From: an uncultured delta proteobacterium
GTDB lineage: Bacteria; Desulfobacterota; RBG-13-43-22
DNA length: 64,000 nt
NCBI GenBank assembly: GCA_963743305.1
Contig: CAVUPH010000027.1
Span: 1 to 64,000 of the forward strand
Reading direction: 5' to 3'
The notes beneath the pieces are model-generated. The model saw only the letters and a program-made list of their open reading frames with translations, was not told the origin of the DNA and ran no database searches. Of this stretch, positions 28,640-38,508 are shown piece after piece. The position numbers and the translations under genes are program-made. How positions within the stretch are numbered: the first letter of the stretch is position 1; every line of letters begins with the position of its first letter.

Positions 28640-30624
28640 AGCCCCTGTCCCACCTTCCGGCCTTCATAAATGGCGGTATCAATACCCCTCGGGCTTTGGC
28701 AATCTCCCACGCGATGGAGTTCCTTCACCCGACCTTTCAGCTCTCTATACAGCCAGTCGTTGGCGATATTCCCCATGTCCAGAACAACAGTCCCGTATCC
28801 TTCCCAGCCTTTAGGTTGGTTGGTATAAATATCCCGGCCCCTGACCGTAGTTCCTTGAATCTCATCGATGAGAACCTCGGTGGTAAAGGTGACCCCTTTT
28901 TGGAGCAAACGCTGTCGGGTCAGATAAAGATCCCCCAGCGGGGCCAGCTCGATGCCCACAAAAAGGTCGCTGGTGATCATATCCACTTGTTTCCCTTGAT
29001 CGGCCAGCAGTTCCACCGTGGCCGTAGCGTGATGCCCGCTGTTTTCATCAACAAAAAGGACCCGATCTCCGATAGGATACCGACCCTCCAGGACCTCCCA
29101 GACCGTGAGAACCTCCGGAGGACCGTATTGACCGGGGACCGGTTTAGCGTTCGGGAATGAACCGGTGGCCACAATCACGACATCGGGATTTTCTTCCAGG
29201 ACCCGTTCCGGGCTTATGGTCTGGTCGGTGAGCAGAGGCACGCCCAGGGCTTCCAACTGATGCTGGAGATACAAAATGACCCCGGCCATTCCCTGCCGAG
29301 TAGGTCTTTTTCGGATCAAATTGAGTTGGCCGCCCACGACTTTGTTTTTTTCATAGACCACTACCCGGTGGCCCCGGGAAGCGGCTGCCCGGGCGGCCTC
29401 CAATCCGGCCGGCCCGGCCCCGATGACCATGACCCGTCTGGCGATTTTAGAATGCGGCTGGGGGCTGGCAGCGTATTGGGTCGGATTATCGCCGAACGCC
29501 GAACGCTGAACGCCGAAGGCTTCGTAGCCCACTTCCGGATTCTGAATGCACCCCAGGGTCTTGGCCTGATTAATCCGTCCCAGACAGCCTTTGTTGTCCC
29601 GAACGCAATAACGAACTTTTTTCAGGTCTCCCGCGCGGATCTTTCTCGGGAAATCAGGGTCGCAAATCAATTGGCGAACATAGCCTACCAGATCGGCTTT
29701 CCCCAGAGCAACGGTCTCTTCGGCCATTTGCGGGGTATTGATTTGATAGCTGGCCATTATGGGAAGAGGAACGGCGGCTTTTATCTTTTCGGCCAATTCC
29801 ACGGTGTATCCGGGAGGAGTATGCATCGAAGCCAGGATCAGATGCAGGTTGTAATAGGTCCCCAAAGTCACATTGACAAAATCGATCCCGCCGGTTTGAC
29901 CGAGGTGACGGGCCATCTCCTGGGCCTCTTCCACGCCAATCCCGCCCCAGAATTTTTCATCGGCACATAACCGGATTCCCACCGTGAAATCGTTCCCCAC
30001 GACTTTCCGAATACCCTCCAGGACCTGGAGGGGCAGACGGAGACGGTTCTCCAGGCTGCCCCCGTATTCGTCTTGACGCTGGTTCGTCAGGGGAGAGAGA
30101 AACTGCCGCAACAGGGATTCCGGTCCCAGGTCTATCTCGATCCCGTCCAACCCGCCTGCCCGTACAAATCCGGCCGCCCGGGAAAAGGATTCCACCAGTT
30201 CCTCAAAATCCTCCGCCTCCATGGCTTTGGCCGTTTCCCCAAAGACGATATCCGCCAAGGCCGACGGCCCCCAGACGGGCATTCGGTTGATGGCCCCGCT
30301 GCTTTGAAACCCATGGTGGGTCAGTTGGGCAAATAGGGATGTGCCGGTTTCATGGATGACTTCGGTTAATTTCCGGTAATCAGGGACGATCGAGGGAACG
30401 GAGGCTTCGATCATGGTCTCCCAGGGGCGGTCATTGGCCTGGATGGCGAGTTCCCCCAGAATGATCAGCCCGCAGCCCCCGACAGCCCGCTGTTGGTAAT
30501 AGGCCCGATGGCGGTCATTGAAACGGCCGTCCCGGGAAAAATTGGTACGGTGCGCCAGAAAGCAAATACGGTTGGGCAAGGTGGACTGACCCAAAACCAG
30601 CGGTGTGAAGAGATGATCAAACAT
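28636..30624 (-). CDS. Mycofactocin-system FadH/OYE-family flavoenzyme, divergent paralog
   Basis: LAHRTNF, DEYGGSLENR, CVRDNKGC, GAGPAGLEAA; paralog of the adjacent gene. Confidence 0.85.
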   Translation of the reverse strand: MFDHLFTPLVLGQSTLPNRICFLAHRTNFSRDGRFNDRHRAYYQQRAVGGCGLIILGELAIQANDRPWETMIEASVPSIVPDYRKLTEVIHETGTSLFAQLTHHGFQSSGAINRMPVWGPSALADIVFGETAKAMEAEDFEELVESFSRAAGFVRAGGLDGIEIDLGPESLLRQFLSPLTNQRQDEYGGSLENRLRLPLQVLEGIRKVVGNDFTVGIRLCADEKFWGGIGVEEAQEMARHLGQTGGIDFVNVTLGTYYNLHLILASMHTPPGYTVELAEKIKAAVPLPIMASYQINTPQMAEETVALGKADLVGYVRQLICDPDFPRKIRAGDLKKVRYCVRDNKGCLGRINQAKTLGCIQNPEVGYEAFGVQRSAFGDNPTQYAASPQPHSKIARRVMVIGAGPAGLEAARAAASRGHRVVVYEKNKVVGGQLNLIRKRPTRQGMAGVILYLQHQLEALGVPLLTDQTISPERVLEENPDVVIVATGSFPNAKPVPGQYGPPEVLTVWEVLEGRYPIGDRVLFVDENSGHHATATVELLADQGKQVDMITSDLFVGIELAPLGDLYLTRQRLLQKGVTFTTEVLIDEIQGTTVRGRDIYTNQPKGWEGYGTVVLDMGNIANDWLYRELKGRVKELHRVGDCQSPRGIDTAIYEGRKVGQGL
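29490..29517. repeat. Four CGCCGAA-like heptamers inside the OYE gene
   Basis: cgccgaa cgccgaa cgctgaa cgccgaa. Confidence 0.75.
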
Positions 30625-30636
30625 GTGGGCGTGGTA

Positions 30637-31638
30637 TTAGGCCGCTGATCTTAAATTCACCAGGCATTCCGGGTCAGGCAAGGAAATATCGCGATAGGTA
30701 TGGTAGGCCATGGCCGGGCACCCGCCGCGGCAGGTCTCAAAGCGGCGGCAGGTATGGCAGGAGGAAATATCAAGAGTCCGGAACCGGCGAAAAATCGCCG
30801 CCTGATCCCAAATCTCTTTAAATGAGTGACGGCGCACATTGCCGGCCTGAAAGTCCTTTTCCTGCAAGAAGGCGCAGGGATAGACCTCCCCGCTGGGAGA
30901 CAGGCAACAGGTCATCTTGGCGGCGCCGCACATGTCCAATCCCTTGCGACGCCGATTCTCCGAGGTGAGGCAGAAGAAAGAATCCCCGGTACGTACTTGA
31001 TCGTGGCCATTCAGCCATTCCGCAAAGGCTTCCAACTGGTCCGGACTGGGATTGAGGAGTGTTTTGCTGTCTTTACCCCTCCCCGAGGGACGGAAACGCG
31101 ACACCCGAAACCCCGCTCGGTATTCCCCGGCCAATTCCCGCAAGGAGTCCAATTGGGAATAATTCAGCCTGGTCAGGACCGTATTGATACTATAGGAAAT
31201 ATTCTGCCTGGAGAGGCAGTCCAAGGCGGACAGGATCTTTCGATACGTCCCTTGACCGCGGATCCGGTCATTCACCTCCTCGGTGACGCCGTCCAGGCTG
31301 ACCTGGAGATAGAGCTGTTTAAAGGCCTTTAAGCGTCGGGCTAGTTCGTCATCCATGAGCAACCCGTTGGTACTCACACAGGCCACTATTCCCTTTTCCT
31401 GTAACCCAGTCAAAAGTTCCAGAAAATCTTTTCGAAGAAAGGGTTCCCCGCCGCCGATATTAACCTGAAAGACCTTCAGACCGGCCCATTGCCGGATCAG
31501 GTCTTGACACTCTCCGAAGGAAAGCTCCTCCGGTGAGGCCTCCCCGGCAGCGGAGAGGCAATGAGCACAGCGGAGATTGCATCGCCAGGTAATTTCCCAG
31601 GTCACGTTGACCGGGGCGCGAAGACCGGTGCGAGCCAT
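30637..31638 (-). CDS. mftC: Mycofactocin radical SAM/SPASM maturase
   Basis: APVNVTWEITWRCNLRCAHC, VFQVNIGGGEP, SRFRPSGRG, SPASM CGA...CxxC..C.GGC, PDPECL. Confidence 0.93.
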   Translation of the reverse strand: MARTGLRAPVNVTWEITWRCNLRCAHCLSAAGEASPEELSFGECQDLIRQWAGLKVFQVNIGGGEPFLRKDFLELLTGLQEKGIVACVSTNGLLMDDELARRLKAFKQLYLQVSLDGVTEEVNDRIRGQGTYRKILSALDCLSRQNISYSINTVLTRLNYSQLDSLRELAGEYRAGFRVSRFRPSGRGKDSKTLLNPSPDQLEAFAEWLNGHDQVRTGDSFFCLTSENRRRKGLDMCGAAKMTCCLSPSGEVYPCAFLQEKDFQAGNVRRHSFKEIWDQAAIFRRFRTLDISSCHTCRRFETCRGGCPAMAYHTYRDISLPDPECLVNLRSAA

Positions 31639-31639
31639 T

Positions 31640-31918
31640 TCAGCAGGCAAGAATGATCCCCTTCCCCTGCAAAGTGTTCAGTGTCTTTTTCAACGCCGAG
31701 TACCGATCCTCGGACCAGGGACCGGAAAGGGGCCCCCGCTGCCGCCATTCTTCCAGGGTGTGACGTCCTTGGAAAAAATCCGCCTTCAGGAAATCACCGG
31801 AGGAAACAAAATAAAGCCCCGGACCTTGCTGGGTATAGAAGAGCAATCCAAAGTCTTCCTCCCGTACCTGGCACCCTGGAGCCAGGGTATACCGGGGTCC
31901 TTGATCTATTGAGGTCAT
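31640..31918 (-). CDS. mftB: Mycofactocin RiPP-recognition chaperone
   Basis: YTLAPGCQVREEDFGLLFY...LQGKGII, PqqD-like, directly upstream of mftC. Confidence 0.88.
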   Translation of the reverse strand: MTSIDQGPRYTLAPGCQVREEDFGLLFYTQQGPGLYFVSSGDFLKADFFQGRHTLEEWRQRGPLSGPWSEDRYSALKKTLNTLQGKGIILAC

Positions 31919-31926
31919 AGTCCTTT

Positions 31927-31968
31927 TTAATATATCCCGCGGGTCCCGTCAATACGGATCTCTTCCAT
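31927..31968 (-). other. 13-codon MftA-like mini-ORF (MEEIRIDGTRGIY), remnant or variant precursor
   Basis: GGAG 7 nt before ATG; 7 of 12 residues match EELAIDGICGVY; occupies the canonical mftA position. Confidence 0.65.
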
Positions 31969-32004
31969 TTTGTTTCTCCGGCATAGTTACCGATCTCCGT
32001 TGCA

Positions 32005-33168
32005 CTAACAATTCCGGGAGCCATTGATCTCGCTCATGGCTTCCAGCGCCCAATCGATTTCATCTCCGGTATTAAAAGGTCCGAGGCTGAAACGGACGCC
32101 GCCCCGGGGAAAGGTGCCTATAGCCTCGTGAACCAAGGGAGCACAATGGAGCCCGGCCCTTACGGCGATGCCGAAGTCGGCATCCAGGATCGCCCCGGTG
32201 TCCCCCGGATCCATTCCCCGCACATTGAGGGTGATGAGCCCCACATGGTTGCGCAGATCTTCCGCACAATAAAGTTCGACCCTGTCCAGGGAAGACAGGC
32301 CGTCACGGAAGCGGGTGACCAGTTCCATCTCCCTGCGGTGTATGGCTTCGATACCCTGTTCCTCCAGGAAGTCTAGGCCCGCGGAAAGACCGAGGATACC
32401 GATCAGGTTAAGGGTCCCGGCCTCCAGACGATGGGGATAGGTCTGGGTGTGGATGGGACTCTCCGAATCAATGCCGGTTCCCCCAAAGCGTGTGGTCCGC
32501 AGGTCCAGGTCCGGGTGAATAATCAGGCCGCCGATGCCTGTGGGCCCCAGTAAAGACTTATGGCCGGTGAAGGCTACGGCGCCGATTTTCCAGGCCTCCA
32601 GATCAATGGGGACCACGCCGGCGCTCTGGGTGGCATCCACCAGCAAGGGCACCTCTTTCCGGGCACAGAGGGCACCGATTTCGGCTAGAGGCTGGATCGT
32701 TCCCAGCACGTTGGAGGCATGGCAGACGATCACCAGCCGGGTATTGGGCCTGATGGCCTGGGCGATATCGTCAGGGTCAACAAAGCCCTTTCCATCGAAG
32801 GGCACCAGATCGTATTCGATCAGGCCCTGTTCGTGAAGGTGGTACAGGGGCCGAAGGACCGAGTTGTGTTCAATCCGAGTGGAGACCACGTGATCCCCCG
32901 GCCGAATCAAGCCCTGAATGGCCAGATTCAGGGCGTCCGTGGCGTTCCCCGCGAATATGACCCGATGGGGATCGGGTGCGCCGAAGAAGCGAGCGAGCTT
33001 TCTCCTCGCGGCCTCGACCAGATCCTCCGCCTCAATCGCCAGGTCATAGCTCCCCCGCCCGGGAGAGACCCCGGTCCGCTGGTACGCTTCGACCATGCTG
33101 GCCAGCACACCCGGTGGTTTGGGGAAGGTGGTGGCTGCGTTGTCCAGGTAGATAAACCGTTTGGTCAT
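32005..33168 (-). CDS. Cysteine desulfurase-family class V aminotransferase
   Basis: YLDNAATT, EHNSV, TGHK, RAGLHCAP. Confidence 0.9.
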   Translation of the reverse strand: MTKRFIYLDNAATTFPKPPGVLASMVEAYQRTGVSPGRGSYDLAIEAEDLVEAARRKLARFFGAPDPHRVIFAGNATDALNLAIQGLIRPGDHVVSTRIEHNSVLRPLYHLHEQGLIEYDLVPFDGKGFVDPDDIAQAIRPNTRLVIVCHASNVLGTIQPLAEIGALCARKEVPLLVDATQSAGVVPIDLEAWKIGAVAFTGHKSLLGPTGIGGLIIHPDLDLRTTRFGGTGIDSESPIHTQTYPHRLEAGTLNLIGILGLSAGLDFLEEQGIEAIHRREMELVTRFRDGLSSLDRVELYCAEDLRNHVGLITLNVRGMDPGDTGAILDADFGIAVRAGLHCAPLVHEAIGTFPRGGVRFSLGPFNTGDEIDWALEAMSEINGSRNC

Positions 33169-33173
33169 ACTCC

Positions 33174-33539
33174 CTACCCCGAACAGGTCTTCGGATTCGG
33201 CAAGCCGGCCACACGGCGGGCGCCCCGACGGATACCCTCCGGGAAGAGGGCCTCCATCTGCATGAAGGTCAAGCCGATCTCGGCTTTTATGTCACGGTTC
33301 ATGGGCGCCCGGCCGTTGTGGAAGTAGAAATTCCTCAAAAAATGGATGATCCGCCATTGGGTCTCGTTCATTTCTTCAAGCCCGGTTTCCGCGGCGAGGA
33401 TTCCGGCCAGCTCAACGGTCCAGTCTTCCGGTTTCCACAGGAATCCCTCGTTGTCAAAGAGGATCTCCCTCCCCGCGATCAAGCGAACCTTCCGGTTGGG
33501 CTGGCCGGAAAGGGGCTTGGACCCTGCAGATCCGTCCAT
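33174..33539 (-). CDS. TusE/DsrC-family sulfur relay protein
   Basis: DNEGFL..PEDW, LFP, AGLPNPKTC; one C-terminal Cys. Confidence 0.85.
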   Translation of the reverse strand: MDGSAGSKPLSGQPNRKVRLIAGREILFDNEGFLWKPEDWTVELAGILAAETGLEEMNETQWRIIHFLRNFYFHNGRAPMNRDIKAEIGLTFMQMEALFPEGIRRGARRVAGLPNPKTCSG

Positions 33540-33548
33540 GGGCCTCCG

Positions 33549-36204
33549 TTATCCTTTAGCCAGCGCGGCCTTGATCTTCTCCGGCGTTGCCGGCAGGTTG
33601 CAGATCCTGACGCCGCAGGCATCCTTGATGGCGTTGATGACCGCCGGGGCCGTTGAAACCATGGTCATCTCACCGATACCGGTGGCTCCCAGGGTTCCTT
33701 TGGTTCGAGGCGTCTTCGAGGGGTGTAATCACCTCCATGTCAAAGGCGGTCTTCATGGTGGGAAATTTAAAGGTGACCCAGTCTTTGGTTTTGCCGCTTA
33801 CATATTCCTCCCTGAGGGCGTATCCCACGCCTTGATCCATTCCACCCTCAAGCTGGCCTTCCAGGTTCTGAGGATGGATCACCGGTCCCGGATCAACCGC
33901 TGTGGTCATTTTGATCACCCGGACATCACCGGTCTCGGTGTTGACCTCTACCTCCGCCATCTGAATATTATGGACTTGGGACTCAAAGGTCGGCCCCTGA
34001 CCGGTTTGCGGATCGAGCTGACCTTCAGGGACATTCTTCTTCCCCATGTAGCGGGTGGGTTTTCCAGCTTTTTTCAGCCCTTCATAGGTCGCCTCACCGG
34101 CCGTGGCCAGGTTTTCTTTCAACTGTTCCAGGGCATTGACCAGGGCCCCTCCGACCATATAGGTGATCCGGCTGCCGGCAGCAGGACCGGTTTCAGTAGT
34201 CTGATCGGTATTGCGGGTCACCAAACGGACCTTCTCCAACGGAAGATTCAGTAAATGAGCGGTGATCTGGGTCAGCATGGAATCGTTTCCTTCACCAGGA
34301 TCGGCCGCGGCGGCGTAGAGGGTAACCCCATTATCCGGATCAAGTTCCACCGCCAACTGGGCCGCGTCTCCTGGTGAGGCGATGCCGAAGGAATGGGCGC
34401 CCAGGCCGACGCCCCGTTTGATCGGGCCATCCTTGAAAGCAGCCGCCTCTTTCCTGGCCCGCTCGTAATGGGGCCGGATGAGTTCGCAGAGCTCCTTGAA
34501 AGTCCACTGCTCCGCGACGGTACCGGTGGACACGCTCTGACCGGGCAGAAGAGCGTTTCTTAAACGGAATTCCAGGGGATCGATTCCCAATTTTTCCGCC
34601 AGCATGTCCATGGCCGATTCCAGGGCAAAATTGACCTGCGGCGGCCCGGCCCCGCGGGCGGCGCCTCCCGCCGGGTTATTGGTGTAAACCAGCTTGGCCA
34701 TAGTGTCAATATGGGGGATATGATAGGAGCCGGAGAGCATTTGCAGGGCACGAACAATGACGACGATGCCCAAAATCATGTAGGCGCCGTTCTCCACGAC
34801 GAAATCATTGGCGTAGGCGGTCAACTTCCCGTCCCGATCAGCCGCCAGTTTGACCTTCATGATAAAGGGATGCCGTTTGGAAGTCAGCAGCATGGATTCA
34901 TGCAGGCTGGGGATATAGCGAACAGGTCTCTTGAAATGGAGGGCCGCGGCCCCGGTAATGCCTTCGGAGGTAATGGCGGCCTTGATCCCGAACTGCCCCC
35001 CGGTGTAGGCCTCTTCATAGCGCATGTTTTCCCATCCCAGGGCACCTTGCAGCATGGCCATATGGGTGTGGATCATGATGCTTCGTCCGATCACCACGAG
35101 CAAGGCCTCCTCTCCTTCTCCTTCCAGATAGGCGACACAGGCCTCCGGCTCCAGGGGAGCCTGATGATTGAGCTGCGTGGAAAACTCCGCCTCCACCACG
35201 GCGGCGGATCCCGCAAAGGCCGTTTTAGCATCTCCCTTAATCTGGGGTTGTTGATAGCAGAGGTTGGGGAATTCGGCATGCAGCGGTACGGCGTTTTCTG
35301 CCAGGGCCTCCTGCGGAGTCATCATCACCGGCAGGGGCTCGTACGCTACTTTTACGGCGGCCGCCGCTGCCCGGGCCTGGTCCAAGGTCTCGGCCGCCAC
35401 TACGGCAATGGGATCCCCCAGGCAGCGGACCTTCTCATCGCAGAGCACGGGCTGGTCATTGAAGATGAATTGGATTCGGTTGGTCCCCTTGATGTCTTTG
35501 GCGGTCATGGTGCCGATGACGCCGGGCATCTTTTCCGCCTCTCCGGTATCGATGGAAATGATTTTCGCGTGATGCTCCGTGCTGCGGACGACCGCTATCT
35601 CCGCGGCGCCCTGAATTTTTATATCGGCCGAGAATTCGGCCAGCCCGCAGGCCTTGATCATGGCCGAGGGTCGCGGATGGGAGACATGCAGCTTCGGTCC
35701 CTTGGGGTCCGGCCTGACCTGGTCGGGCGAGGTCTCGCCGCGAATGAACCGGCCGGCCAGCTTCACGGCGTCCAGGATCTTCGCATAGCCGGTGCAACGG
35801 CACAAATTCCGGGCCAAGGCCTTTTTGATCTCTTCCGAATCCGGGTCCGGATTCCGGTCCAGAAGGACCTTGGCCGCCATAATCATACCCGGTGTACAGA
35901 ATCCGCATTGTATGGCGCCTGAAAGAACAAAGGCCTCTTGGATCAGATGGGGATTATCCGGAGTACCCAAGCCCTCCACGGTAATCACCTCGGCGCCTTC
36001 CAGGTCAGCCACCTTGGTGAGACAGGATCGCGTCGCTTTATTGTTGACGATGACCGTACAGGCCCCGCATTGCCCCAGGCGGTCGCAGGACTGCTTCGCC
36101 CCGGTAAGGTGCAGGTCGTCACGCAGGAGATCCATAAGGACCCTGTCCGGTTCGACCACAAACTGATACCTTCGTCCGTTTACTTTTAATGAGATTTTTT
36201 TCAT
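33549..36204 (-). CDS. Molybdopterin aldehyde oxidoreductase (xanthine oxidase family, fused 2x[2Fe-2S]), frameshift near 33715
   Basis: CDRLGQCGAC, QCGFC, CRCTGY, GGQFG. The C-terminus GATGIGEM...PATPEKIKAALAKG* is in another frame, ending at 33549. Confidence 0.9.
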
Positions 36205-36283
36205 TTGCTCCCCTCGCTGTAAGTCAGCTATTGGTTTTTCTTATTAAAATCTCGCCTCTCGGGCGTTTCTCGCCGGATATCCT

Positions 36284-37423
36284 TTACCATTCACAGACCC
36301 AGCGACCGATGATTTGCCTTTTTCGCATCGCTTCGGCCACCTCGTTAATCTCTTCCACCTTAAACTTTTTAGTTAATAATTTTTCCACGTTATACTCCCC
36401 TCGCATAATCATGTCGGCGAAGGCGGGGATGTCCTCATGGGTCCGGATATTGCCGTATAGAGTCCCTTGCAGGGTTTTGCAGTGGACGGGGAAAAAAGTC
36501 AGGACCATCTCGGCCGATTGATCCGCCGGATGAATGCCGATCTGAACCCACTTGCCCCCCATGGCCAAGGCCCAGTAGGCCTGGCTAATGGCGCCGGTAT
36601 TCCCGCTGACCTCGAAGAGGATGTCCACCCCGCCGCCCATGATCATCCCGTTATCCATCTTTACCCCGCCGGTTTGTAATTGGATGATCGGGACCGGATC
36701 TTCCCGGCTGCTGTTAATAAAATGGGTCACCCCGAAGGCTTTGGCTATTTCCTCTTTACTGCCTTCCAGGTCCACCCCGAAAATGGGATAAGCACCCCGG
36801 AGCTTGGCGCCCTGAACCACATTAAGCCCGACACCGCCCAACCCCCAGACGGCCACGGATTGTCCCGGTTTCACCTGGGCCACATTATAGGCGGCCCCAA
36901 ATCCGGTGGGCATGCAACAGGCCAGCGAACAGGCCTGCTCCAACGGCAGGTCGTCTCTGATTTTAATGGCCCCGGCCTCCACCAGGACCATGTATTCGGC
37001 GAAACCGGAAACAAAATTATTGTGCAATAATTGGTTTCCCTGGGCATCCTTCAACCGGGAGGTTCCATCCAGGAGCGTGCCTTGCGTATGGATGCCATGA
37101 CTTGTCCGGCAGATATGTCCCTGACCGCTGGTGCACTCCGGGCAGTGCCCGCAGGCCACCATCCAGGTGGCGACCACGTGATCCCCTTTTTGGAGTGAAG
37201 TGACCCCCGGTCCGACGGCCTCGACAATACCGGCGGCCTCGTGCCCGACCACCATAGGCAGCGGGAAGGGGACGTCGCCTTCCATGAAAGACAGGTCCGA
37301 ATGGCAGAAACCGGTATAAGCGGTTTTGACCAAGACCTCCTGTTCCTTGGGCGGGGCCAATTCAACTTCTTCAATAGTCAATGGTTTTTTATACTCTCTT
37401 AGCACTGCCGCTTTCATTTTCAT
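36284..37423 (-). CDS. Zn-dependent alcohol dehydrogenase (MDR), paralog B
   Basis: CHSD, GHE, CGHCPEC..C, GLGGVG. Confidence 0.92.
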   Translation of the reverse strand: MKMKAAVLREYKKPLTIEEVELAPPKEQEVLVKTAYTGFCHSDLSFMEGDVPFPLPMVVGHEAAGIVEAVGPGVTSLQKGDHVVATWMVACGHCPECTSGQGHICRTSHGIHTQGTLLDGTSRLKDAQGNQLLHNNFVSGFAEYMVLVEAGAIKIRDDLPLEQACSLACCMPTGFGAAYNVAQVKPGQSVAVWGLGGVGLNVVQGAKLRGAYPIFGVDLEGSKEEIAKAFGVTHFINSSREDPVPIIQLQTGGVKMDNGMIMGGGVDILFEVSGNTGAISQAYWALAMGGKWVQIGIHPADQSAEMVLTFFPVHCKTLQGTLYGNIRTHEDIPAFADMIMRGEYNVEKLLTKKFKVEEINEVAEAMRKRQIIGRWVCEW

Positions 37424-37469
37424 GTCTTGCCCTCCCTTTCCTAGCTTCAGGTTAACGTGCTTTTTTTTT

Positions 37470-37507
37470 CGCTTCGTCCTTTTGGGTAGGTACCCCCCCG
37501 ATCCGGT
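37470..37507. repeat. Solo degenerate end of the 19-bp inverted-repeat element
   Basis: cgcTTCGTCCTTTTGGGTAGGTacccccccgatccggt, 2 mismatches to the core. Confidence 0.75.
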
Positions 37508-37531
37508 CTGATCGGCTGATCTTGGGGGTTC

Positions 37532-38350
37532 TTAGACCCCCCATTTAACGCCGGCATTGGTCAGCGTTGCTCCCGAGACATCAACCACCGCCGAGCCGCC
37601 GTCAATGAGCAGAACGGACCCGGTCATGAATCTCGAATCCTCGCTGGCCAGGTAACTGCAGATACCCGTGATCTCTTCGGGCGCTGCGAAGCGGCGAAGG
37701 GGTACGCCCGAGGAGACCACCTGGAAGACGCCCTCCACATCGGTACCCAGCGTTTCTTGGAGTTGGCCGAGTGAATGCTCCAACATGGCCGTCCTTGTGC
37801 CGCCGGGGCAAACGACATTGCAGCGGACGTTGGCAGGACCGTAGTCCAGGGCCACTTGCTGGGTGAGCATGATCAGGCCGCCTTTTGACGAGGCATAGGC
37901 CGGCATGGTGGGAAGGCAACGGACTCCGCCCAGGGAGGAAATGTTGATGATCGATCCTCCGCCTTGTTTAATCATGTGCGGTATGGAGGCCTTCATCAGG
38001 AGAAAGGGGCCGGTCAGGTTCGTCTCGATCACCTGCCGCCATAGGTCGGGATCGAGGTCGACCACGGAGCCCCCGGGATCTATGCCGGCGTTGTTTACCA
38101 AAACGTCGATTTTACCGTCAAACGTGAGTGTCGCCTCCACCATTCTTTTGACGTCTTCAAAGTCGGTGACATCCCCCGAACAGGTCACCACAGTGCCCGC
38201 AGGGAGCGTTTGGGCGACCACGTCCAGCATTTTCTGCCGCCGGCCGGTGATGCAGATCCGCGCTCCGTCGGCCACAAACCGCGCCGCAATGGCCGCGCCT
38301 ATTCCCTGCCCCCCTCCGGTAATGAGGGCTACTTTACCATTCAGATTCAT
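37532..38350 (-). CDS. SDR-family oxidoreductase
   Basis: TGGGQGIG, NNAG, YASSK; RBS GGAGG before ATG 38350. Confidence 0.92.
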   Translation of the reverse strand: MNLNGKVALITGGGQGIGAAIAARFVADGARICITGRRQKMLDVVAQTLPAGTVVTCSGDVTDFEDVKRMVEATLTFDGKIDVLVNNAGIDPGGSVVDLDPDLWRQVIETNLTGPFLLMKASIPHMIKQGGGSIINISSLGGVRCLPTMPAYASSKGGLIMLTQQVALDYGPANVRCNVVCPGGTRTAMLEHSLGQLQETLGTDVEGVFQVVSSGVPLRRFAAPEEITGICSYLASEDSRFMTGSVLLIDGGSAVVDVSGATLTNAGVKWGV

Positions 38351-38508
38351 TTTGACCTCCTCAACGCTTGCTGGTCCGGACCTTTTTTTGTCCGGAATGG
38401 TTTGGACTTCCTCAGACCGGTTATCCATGCAGATCAGCCTCGGTCTCCTCCCGGCTTGCCGATCCCCTGAATTCGAAGGTGGTCTTCCCGGCGGGAAAGG
38501 CCTGTTGC

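Noticed and set aside
34711-35922. Long antisense ORFs (also 3605..4507, 15781..16599, 61640..62689)
   Set aside because: They are shadows of well-supported genes on the opposite strand.
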